Of a stretch of DNA of 8,463 bases, positions 1 through 6,362 are shown in pieces; positions within the stretch are counted from its first letter, which is position 1, and each line of letters begins with the position of its first letter. Below the pieces are notes generated by a model. The model searched no databases, had not been told where the DNA came from, and was given only the letters and a program-made list of their open reading frames with translations. Source of the DNA: Candidatus Nanopusillus sp. Its GTDB lineage: Archaea; Nanobdellota; Nanobdellia; Nanobdellales; Nanobdellaceae. The position numbers were made by a program, and so were the translations under genes. The stretch is from positions 1 through 8,463 of the forward strand of contig JBMSAQ010000033.1 of the NCBI GenBank assembly GCA_049414405.1. Direction: 5' to 3'.

Positions 1-1
1 G

Positions 2-3000
2 GGAAATTCTAATAAAACCATATATTTATGGTACGGAAACCCAAACGCTATAAGTTTAAGTAACGGAGATTTGGTTTTTGAATTCTTTGATGATTTTAAT
101 GGAAATACTTTAGATACATCTAAATGGACTGTGAATGGTTATGTGGGGTTTCGAGGAATTTTTTATAATGTTTCGAATTCAATACTTACAATATGGTCGG
201 ATAATAATTGGAGAATTTTAAGAATGAATAGAAATTTTGGACCGAATGATATGATAGTTATTGAGGTAAAATTTAGTAAAACAGCAGATAGTGATTGGCA
301 TACTAACTTTTTAATACAACATAATAGTGATAATAATAGGTTTGGATTTGTTGATATAGGATATTCTGGACTAAATATGGGGGTATATTATATGGTTAAT
401 AGTATAAATTATTATCCAAAAAATTTTGGTCTATTTTCTAATAATGTATGGTATATTTCGAGAATTATAAAAAAGAATAGTACCACTTTATATGTAGATG
501 CTTTAGCTTCAAATAGGACTCTTATTAATTCATATGAAACTATACAATCTGCTTGGTCATCTATAACATGGACTTGGGTTACAATACATGGTGGAAGTAC
601 AGGATATGTGCATGTCAGGTATGATTGGATTTTTGTTAGAAAATATACAAACCCAGAACCAATTGTATTTGTAGGTCCTGAATATATTGATTTTTATGTT
701 ACCATAATAACAAACAACCAAATTATTCCAACCCCGTCCCCATTCCAGCAACAAATAGCAATATGTAACGGAACAATAAATATCGGTCCTAATTTTGCTT
801 ATGTAAATAATCCAACATTATTTAATCAAATACACCCAGATGGTAGAAATGTATATTTTACTACGAATTATGGCGATATTCCCAACATATATTCATGGTA
901 TGCGGGACAATTTATACATGGAAATACACAATGTAAGATTTGGTGGATAAGATTAGATAATGAAATCCCAGCTAATGGTAATATTACGATTTATATAGCA
1001 ATATCTGACCTTAATACAAATTTTTATTCACTATATTATCCATATGTTGGTGCTTCTCCAAATGTATTTCCATCTAGACAATATGATAATGGTAGACATG
1101 TATTTATAGTATATGGATATTTTAATAATACGTTTGATGGTTGGACTGGACACATTTATGCCAGATCATACCCCACAGCTACTTCCTGGGGTATTCAAAT
1201 GTTATACAACAACTTTTATACGGGTACTTATATCTTACCCCCCAACAATGGAAATATTCCTTTAATATCTTTAATTGTTGAAGAAGCATGGTATTTTACC
1301 CATGGTGGACATGCCAACGTAATAGCATTATTTGGAAATACAAGTAATATAATTAATACTAATGTAATAAGTGGTGTTTCTGGATGTTACGCGCCAACAT
1401 CTCACTCATCCACATTTGTACAATTTCAATATAATAGAGGAGAATATACAAGAATAATGTCTGCAGTAACAAATAGAATATTAAGTAATACACATTTTGC
1501 ATATGGGGGTAGGACAATTTATTCATATTTAATACTTACCCCATCATATGTCGAAGCTGGGTATTATATTTATAATTTTAGTCAAGTATGGGTTCCATTA
1601 ACATTATTAAATACATATAGAACATATGTTCACGGATCTACTTATTCTTTTTTAGATTATAATCCTTTCCAACATGGCACATTGTTAATAGGTGCGGGGG
1701 ATTGTTACGATTCCACATCACACCAATATATACAGTGGGTAATAGCCAGAGCATATCCACCATATGGTGTAATGCCATCTTTTTCAATTATAAAACTATT
1801 AACACCCGATCTATTAATAAACACATCAACAAATTTCCAATTTAATGTATCTATATATAACCCATTTTCCGAATATGTAAATTATACGGTATATTTAAAT
1901 AGTTCTATATTAACAACTAATAATGTATCAGTAAATGCATTCCAAGCCTTAATAATTCCATATGAATTTCCTTATTTATTTAATCAATCGGGTGCTTATA
2001 ATTTAACTGTAATAGCATATGGACAAACCTCTAGAGTCACATCTATTTCAACTGCTATATTTAATATTCAATTAGATCAATTAAATGTAACTTTAGAACC
2101 TTATTATACTTATAATAACGTAAATTATACAAACCTTTATAATTCAAACTTAAGGATAACCTATTATTGCATGAGGCCAAATAACACCTTAATAATTTAT
2201 AATAATATAACAAATAGAACATTGCAAATTAATCTTTCATGTAATTACATACAAACAATAAATAATTTGATGGTTAACCTTACCCCAATTTTACAAAATA
2301 ATACTTTAAATCATATTAACGGATCGTTATTATATGGTAATCAATCATTTAGAAATATGAGCTTTATGCCATTATGGGGTACTTTAAATGTGACCTTATT
2401 TACAAATATTCCGGGAATTTCAATATATACATCACCATTAAGTTTAAATTATTCTATAAATGTAAGAGATGTTCTACCAAATGTTGTATGTAATATTACA
2501 TTATATGATAATAATACAATTGTGCAAACACATCAAACAACATTAACAAATGCTTCATCACCAACATATTCATGGACTATATCACAAGCACCAATACATA
2601 ACCTTAGGTGGTATATTTATTGCTATAATCCAGTAAATTTAACATATATTATTGATCAAAGAAATGGTACTTTTTACTATAATAGATTTGATTTTAGAAT
2701 GGAAGATAGTGGAAATATGCCATCAAATATATCTTATTCATTATCAATAGCATGTAATAATGATACTACTGTTTTTAGAAACCCAAATATGAATACTTAT
2801 ACGATATATGCATGGACTAATGATCAATGTGGCTTTATATTAGTATCACAAAATATACAGGGTATTGCTTATAGTATGGGTTATAGTACTAATTTATTAT
2901 CTAGATATGCATATCAATGGACTTTATGTCTATTAAATCCATCATTAGCTTACTTTAATAATCCATTAATAGGTCAAAATCAATATTTAGATACTTTAAT

Positions 3001-4198
3001 TGCTTTAGCAAATCCACAAGCAGGATGTTATTTATTAGGATCTTATTTATACTTATATTCATCTAATGTTTATTATGCACCAGTCCCTGTAAGAATTGGC
3101 GCTTTATATTCTATAAGAGTAAATAATACATTCTTAACAACAGTCCAAGGCCAACAACAACAAGCAATATCTATAGATAATCTTATAGCCCAATCAATTC
3201 TACAAAATAATAGAACTGTTTCAGTAATTGCTGAATTTCCAGTTATAAATGTTACAAACATATCTTCTAATGTATATCAATTAACAGTAACAGCTCCAGC
3301 AAGAATTTCTTCAGCAAATATAATTATATATTATAATGATACCCTTTATAGAAATTATACAATAAACTCTATAGGTACAAATAATTTTACTATCTTATTA
3401 ACAGAATTACCAGAAAATTATACATTTAACTTAACTAATTATATGATTATTACAATAACTTATGAAAATGGATTTGTTCAGCAAATGATTTATCCACCAA
3501 ATGTTCTTAATAATAGGATAACATTACCAGCATTTATGGTTTATTTAATAGCAATTTTCATATTATATGCATGGACTAGAGCATTTTCTTATTATCAGAG
3601 GTTAATAATAGCTGGATTTGGACTAGTTTTATTCTTAATACTTATGTCTATGGTTGTTCTTCAAACAACAGCTCCATTAGTTTTAGCTGCAGGTATCTTC
3701 TTCTTATTCTTATTAGATATGGCTTATACTGAATTTCTTTCTAGATTTACTGGAGAACACCCACTATTAAAACCTTTAAGTTTTTTAATAAGAATGTTTA
3801 TAATAATGACGTTTATAACAAGTGTTGTAGGAGTATTTTTCGGACCCTATGGAATTTATAATTTAGGAATACCTACCTTAAATGATTATATGTATGAAGT
3901 AAATAATACAATTAATAAAATAAATAATACAATAATACAAATGACTAAAAATCCATTCTTCTTCGTTATAGGTTTTATAGAACTTGCAATAAACTTAATA
4001 TATGCAATATCTTTAGGAATTAAGGGAGCAGGAGTATTTATTTCGTTATTTATAGTGCCATTAGCATCAATATTCGGACCTGCAGCAGTATCTGTAGCTC
4101 AAGCAATAGTATCAATAGTATATTTTGGAGCCATAATAGCCATATTGGTATATTTAACTTCACTAGTATTCTCGGCCGTTGGATTAAGACCTTTCTAA
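2..4198 (+). CDS. Giant secreted/membrane-anchored glycoprotein (adhesin or spike-like), 5'-partial. It has lectin modules, a sequon-dense stalk and a C-terminal ~7-TM domain.
   Basis: The frame of the 71..4198 ORF stays open back to nt 2. Nt 2-70 translate as GNSNKTIYLWYGNPNAISLSNGD, so the TTG at 71 is an ORF-caller artefact and the true start lies upstream of the window. The run ...YLWYGNPNA..S.. then VFEFFDDFNG..LD.SKW matches the junction usually seen between a DUF2341 domain and a ConA/LamG-like domain. A 4.1-kb uninterrupted ORF is very unlikely by chance in AT-rich DNA where stop codons are frequent. The stop is TAA at 4196-4198. Confidence 0.88.
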   Translation, partial: GNSNKTIYLWYGNPNAISLSNGDLVFEFFDDFNGNTLDTSKWTVNGYVGFRGIFYNVSNSILTIWSDNNWRILRMNRNFGPNDMIVIEVKFSKTADSDWHTNFLIQHNSDNNRFGFVDIGYSGLNMGVYYMVNSINYYPKNFGLFSNNVWYISRIIKKNSTTLYVDALASNRTLINSYETIQSAWSSITWTWVTIHGGSTGYVHVRYDWIFVRKYTNPEPIVFVGPEYIDFYVTIITNNQIIPTPSPFQQQIAICNGTINIGPNFAYVNNPTLFNQIHPDGRNVYFTTNYGDIPNIYSWYAGQFIHGNTQCKIWWIRLDNEIPANGNITIYIAISDLNTNFYSLYYPYVGASPNVFPSRQYDNGRHVFIVYGYFNNTFDGWTGHIYARSYPTATSWGIQMLYNNFYTGTYILPPNNGNIPLISLIVEEAWYFTHGGHANVIALFGNTSNIINTNVISGVSGCYAPTSHSSTFVQFQYNRGEYTRIMSAVTNRILSNTHFAYGGRTIYSYLILTPSYVEAGYYIYNFSQVWVPLTLLNTYRTYVHGSTYSFLDYNPFQHGTLLIGAGDCYDSTSHQYIQWVIARAYPPYGVMPSFSIIKLLTPDLLINTSTNFQFNVSIYNPFSEYVNYTVYLNSSILTTNNVSVNAFQALIIPYEFPYLFNQSGAYNLTVIAYGQTSRVTSISTAIFNIQLDQLNVTLEPYYTYNNVNYTNLYNSNLRITYYCMRPNNTLIIYNNITNRTLQINLSCNYIQTINNLMVNLTPILQNNTLNHINGSLLYGNQSFRNMSFMPLWGTLNVTLFTNIPGISIYTSPLSLNYSINVRDVLPNVVCNITLYDNNTIVQTHQTTLTNASSPTYSWTISQAPIHNLRWYIYCYNPVNLTYIIDQRNGTFYYNRFDFRMEDSGNMPSNISYSLSIACNNDTTVFRNPNMNTYTIYAWTNDQCGFILVSQNIQGIAYSMGYSTNLLSRYAYQWTLCLLNPSLAYFNNPLIGQNQYLDTLIALANPQAGCYLLGSYLYLYSSNVYYAPVPVRIGALYSIRVNNTFLTTVQGQQQQAISIDNLIAQSILQNNRTVSVIAEFPVINVTNISSNVYQLTVTAPARISSANIIIYYNDTLYRNYTINSIGTNNFTILLTELPENYTFNLTNYMIITITYENGFVQQMIYPPNVLNNRITLPAFMVYLIAIFILYAWTRAFSYYQRLIIAGFGLVLFLILMSMVVLQTTAPLVLAAGIFFLFLLDMAYTEFLSRFTGEHPLLKPLSFLIRMFIIMTFITSVVGVFFGPYGIYNLGIPTLNDYMYEVNNTINKINNTIIQMTKNPFFFVIGFIELAINLIYAISLGIKGAGVFISLFIVPLASIFGPAAVSVAQAIVSIVYFGAIIAILVYLTSLVFSAVGLRPF
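86..661 (+). other. ConA/LamG-like lectin (jelly-roll) module 1 within the giant ORF
   Basis: The module starts at FDDFNGNTLDTSKWTV and ends at YDWIFVRKYTNPEP. The opening F-DDF-G..L...W and the closing W..VRKY...EP are the usual boundaries of Laminin_G_3/ConA-like domains that follow DUF2341. This is motif recognition only. Confidence 0.6.
740..1015 (+). other. DUF2341-like module (second copy; the first lies mostly upstream of the window)
   Basis: The peptide FQQQIAICNG...HPDGRNVYFT...IYSWYAGQF...CKIWWIRLDNEIPANGNITIYIAIS matches the DUF2341 pattern as I recall it: an (r/q)xpItI start, dG.d.rF, yWie, a.vWVkvp.ipa.g..tIyiyy. Confidence 0.5.
1100..1768 (+). other. ConA/LamG-like module 2
   Basis: VFIVYGYFNNTFDGWTG ... 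YIQWVIARAYPPYGVMP repeats the opening (vF..y..F.dgW) and closing (W.i.R.Y.P) signatures of module 1. The giant protein therefore carries a duplicated [DUF2341-like][lectin] unit. Confidence 0.45.
1808..3520 (+). other. Beta-rich, sequon-dense, lysine-free stalk region (probably several Ig/CARDB-like domains)
   Basis: This covers aa ~580-1150 of the track ORF. It shows alternating hydrophobic/polar beta-strand patterns, for example FQFNVSIYNPFSEYVNYTVYLNSS...GAYNLTVIAYG. By hand count 36 of the ~46 N-X-S/T sequons lie here, and the region contains no Lys at all. Confidence 0.55.
3527..4180 (+). other. C-terminal polytopic membrane domain (~7 predicted TM helices)
   Basis: Hydrophobic stretches lie at aa ~1153-1172, 1177-1198, 1200-1216, 1236-1258, 1295-1316, 1319-1335 and 1342-1369. 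The only long polar loop (aa 1259-1294) carries two NNT sequons. That fits an extracellular position if the ectodomain is outside. Confidence 0.7.
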
Positions 4199-4199
4199 A

Positions 4200-4580
4200 A
4201 TGGATCAATTAAATGTTACAGCTATTGGAACTGAATTAATAAATTTAACAGATACAATAGTAAAGTTAATTACATTTAAAGATATTTATTCTTACATCCT
4301 TTTAGAAATATTAGTTATAGCTTTTTATATAGCTATGGAAAGTAATAGAGTAGAAAGTATTAAAACTTTGGTAATGGGTATAATGATTATTATGTGGATA
4401 TTTTTAATTGCAATATTAGCGCTTAATAGCATAGGATATATAAACATTACTGGACCACAGCTATATACTTTCTTTATGATGCCTACAGTATTAGTAACAG
4501 TAATAGCTTTAATGTTACCATTGTTAAGTTATTATAAAGGTTCTGGAGGCTCAGACTTTCAAAGACCTCCTTCTCTATAA
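4200..4580 (+). CDS. Small integral membrane protein (3 predicted TM helices, N-out/C-in)
   Basis: The ATG lies 1 nt after the TAA of the giant ORF (taaAatg). TM segments lie at aa ~29-46, 55-76 and 88-110. Sequons (NVT, NLT) sit in the N-terminal tail and NIT in the TM2-TM3 loop, both on the same predicted (outer) side. I recognised no family. Confidence 0.72.
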   Translation: MDQLNVTAIGTELINLTDTIVKLITFKDIYSYILLEILVIAFYIAMESNRVESIKTLVMGIMIIMWIFLIAILALNSIGYINITGPQLYTFFMMPTVLVTVIALMLPLLSYYKGSGGSDFQRPPSL

Positions 4581-5914
4581 TGATGAAGATTGAAACCTTA
4601 CAAGATATACGTAAATTAACATCTCAAGATCTTTTAAATGTTTTTAAAGAAACGAGGGTATTTCAGATTACTTTAAATAAAGTATGGGCTAATAGAACGG
4701 ATATTAAAAAAAGATTTATAAATCCAATAGATTTTATAGAGAGTACATCTAAAGATATAGCTGATGCTATTAGTGCGCCAATTGATGAGGATTATTGGTT
4801 AATTATTTTAGGAGAACCAGGTACGGGTAAATCAGCATTATCTATTGCTTTCTATAAATATATAATGAAGCATTTAGGTTATACAGATGAACAAATTAGA
4901 GAAAACATATATTTAGATGTATGTTATCTCCCATATGATTATATAGGTAGAATAAATTTACATAGTAAACAAATTCAAGAAAGAGGTCGTATATTTCCTT
5001 ATCCAATTGTATTAGATGAAGCTCATAATATGTTTGATTTATTTGCAGAAGGAGCTACGGGTATTGCGAGAAAAATACTTCAGAGAATTTTTGAAATTAG
5101 AGAATACAGATTAGCACACATAGTTAATACCCAAATACCAAGGCAATTAGCAAGTAGATCTAGAGAAAGATTTCATTCATTAATAGTTTTATGGAAAGAA
5201 CCAATATATATCGGAGAGGGTTCTACGCCACTTATGGAAGAATTGTATCTCAGTTATACCAAAAATATATTAAAAAAGGATATTGGTGATGGTAAAATTG
5301 GTTACTTTTTATGGGGGGCTTTTTACAATAAAGAAGTAACACATTCTATAATGAGATGGGTAATAAAACATCAAATTAGTATTGAAGAAGTTAGACCAAT
5401 TCTAAAGAAATTTACTCCAGATTTTTTCTTTCCTATGCTTTTATTATTACATGAATCTACAGAATTAAGAAAGGTTTATGCAGAAATCAAATTATATAAT
5501 AATTCTATAAAATCTTTATACGATGCTTTTGGAATTAAAGGCAGTAAGAAATCTACTTTCTTAAAAATATTAGTAGAATTAGGCAAAAATATAAATAATA
5601 TAAAAGATAAAAAAGATTCTAAAGGTAATTATATAGTAGATCCCTCAATTTCGGTAAGAGTTGATAATGAAAAAATAGTAGAAGCATTACAATATATAGG
5701 AAATGTATCTAAAGAATATGTGTATGAAGAATCTATAGATACTGATCAAAATATTAAAGTTGAAACTTATAAACGCATTAAAAGAATTATCCATGAAGAA
5801 TATTATACAAAAATAAAATCAATTCATCCCGATATTTATTTCTTCTTAAAGAATAACTATTATATAATTGAAAAAAGAGCTAAATTACATGCTGCTACCG
5901 GTTATCAACTTTAG
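4580..5914 (+). CDS. P-loop NTPase (AAA+-like / Zot-like ASCE ATPase) with an uncharacterised ~240-aa C-terminal region
   Basis: The start overlaps the upstream stop (TAATG, 4578-4582). Motifs seen are Walker A GEPGTGKS, Walker B PIVLDEAH, and then HIVNTQIPRQLASRSRERF (sensor-1 Asn/Thr plus an Arg-rich box resembling AAA+ box VII, or the TQ....R.. motif of Zot/pI-type ATPases). There are no TM helices. Confidence 0.9.
   Translation: MMKIETLQDIRKLTSQDLLNVFKETRVFQITLNKVWANRTDIKKRFINPIDFIESTSKDIADAISAPIDEDYWLIILGEPGTGKSALSIAFYKYIMKHLGYTDEQIRENIYLDVCYLPYDYIGRINLHSKQIQERGRIFPYPIVLDEAHNMFDLFAEGATGIARKILQRIFEIREYRLAHIVNTQIPRQLASRSRERFHSLIVLWKEPIYIGEGSTPLMEELYLSYTKNILKKDIGDGKIGYFLWGAFYNKEVTHSIMRWVIKHQISIEEVRPILKKFTPDFFFPMLLLLHESTELRKVYAEIKLYNNSIKSLYDAFGIKGSKKSTFLKILVELGKNINNIKDKKDSKGNYIVDPSISVRVDNEKIVEALQYIGNVSKEYVYEESIDTDQNIKVETYKRIKRIIHEEYYTKIKSIHPDIYFFLKNNYYIIEKRAKLHAATGYQL
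4811..4834 (+). other. Walker A (P-loop) GEPGTGKS
   Basis: Codons gga gaa cca ggt acg ggt aaa tca read directly from the sequence; this fits the GxxGxGK[ST] consensus. Confidence 0.95.
5006..5026 (+). other. Walker B IVLDEAH
   Basis: Codons att gta tta gat gaa gct cat give a hydrophobic strand followed by DE, about 60 aa after Walker A. Confidence 0.9.
5120..5173 (+). other. Sensor-1 / arginine-finger-like motif IVNTQIPRQLASRSRERF
   Basis: It lies ~35 aa after Walker B. The pattern hh.(N/T)(T/Q)......L.SR.R.RF resembles AAA+ sensor-1 plus box VII (compare RuvB ...ATT....L..PLRDRF and RFC ...LASRC). Confidence 0.55.
5871..5876 (-). terminator. Oligo-T (T6 on the minus strand) terminator candidate for the 138-aa membrane protein gene
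   Basis: A6 on the + strand at 5871-5876 gives CTCTTTTTTC on the minus strand, ~19 nt downstream of the minus-strand stop (5895-5897). It lies inside the NTPase coding sequence. Confidence 0.4.
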
Positions 5915-6311
5915 CTTTTAATTTTTGTTTTATTTTTATAGCTAAAAGATATATTAAATTAGCTGCAGGAATTGATAATGCATATACAATAACATTATAA
6001 TCTAAAATATATAAAAATGTCGCAATACTTGTAATAATTGCGCTATATATAATTAAATATATAATTAGTATAAATTGTGGTTTTTTTACATATTCTATTT
6101 TATATATTTCATTAGATAAGATTAATAAAGATAAATCATCATTAAGGTCTCCATAAGTTTTCTTAAGTTTTTCTTTTTTCTTATTATAATATGCATCAGC
6201 CATTCTATTGGATATATTCAATATTTTTTTTACAGCTTTATCACTGCTTAAAATAAGAGAAACTATAAAGCCTATGATTAAAGGAACCAACCATTGTAGA
6301 AAATATGCCAT
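5895..6311 (-). CDS. Small membrane protein (N-terminal TM, Lys-rich cytoplasmic linker, two C-terminal TMs)
   Basis: This is a 138-aa ORF. TM segments lie at aa ~4-22, 78-103 and 106-125. A TTTTTATA box on the minus strand sits 22-29 nt upstream of its ATG. The 3' end overlaps the NTPase gene by 20 nt. I recognised no family. Confidence 0.6.
   Translation of the reverse strand: MAYFLQWLVPLIIGFIVSLILSSDKAVKKILNISNRMADAYYNKKKEKLKKTYGDLNDDLSLLILSNEIYKIEYVKKPQFILIIYLIIYSAIITSIATFLYILDYNVIVYALSIPAANLIYLLAIKIKQKLKAKVDNR
5916..5937 (+). terminator. Oligo-T terminator candidate for the NTPase operon
   Basis: Runs T4, T5, T4 and T5 (cTTTTaaTTTTTgTTTTaTTTTTa) start 2 nt after the TAG at 5912-5914. 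Archaeal RNAP terminates at oligo-T tracts. The tract lies inside the Lys-rich C-terminus of the convergent gene. Confidence 0.55.
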
Positions 6312-6332
6312 ATATTATAAAGCACATAAAAG

Positions 6333-6340
6333 TATAAAAA
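6333..6340. promoter_or_regulatory. Shared TATA element in a 51-bp divergent intergenic region
   Basis: The + strand reads TATAAAAA at -30..-23 relative to the ATG at 6363. The minus strand reads CATAAA-TTTTTATA at -29..-22 relative to the ATG at 6311. Both spacings fit leaderless archaeal transcripts. Confidence 0.55.
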
Positions 6341-6362
6341 TTTATGGTTACATATATATAAT

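Noticed and set aside
71-73. TTG at 71, preceded by GGAG at 65-68, as the start codon of the giant ORF (as given in the ORF track)
   Set aside because: The same frame is open back to nt 2. The upstream peptide (IYLWYGNPNAISLSNGD) continues a recognisable DUF2341-type domain ending, so the gene is truncated by the window and TTG simply encodes an internal Leu.
557-754. 65-aa minus-strand ORF inside the giant gene
   Set aside because: It lies fully antisense within a well-supported 4-kb CDS. Its composition is Cys/Trp-odd and low-complexity, and it has no promoter spacing. It is a shadow ORF.
3073-3261. 62-aa minus-strand ORF inside the giant gene
   Set aside because: It is an antisense shadow ORF for the same reasons, with no independent signals.
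4545-4570. GGAGG...CCTCC inverted repeat (5-bp stem, 16-nt loop) just upstream of the NTPase start, possibly an SD-sequestering hairpin
   Set aside because: The stem is only 5 bp and the loop is long. The GGAGG lies 31 nt from the ATG, too far for an SD. Both arms are explained by the coding sequence (SGGS...RPPS). It is not convincing as a regulatory structure.
4580-4586. AUGAUGA matching the C-box consensus of C/D box sRNAs (a similar UGAUGU occurs at 7523-7528)
   Set aside because: These are tandem ATG start codons. No D box (CUGA) or C'/D' boxes occur at suitable spacing and there are no terminal complementary stems.
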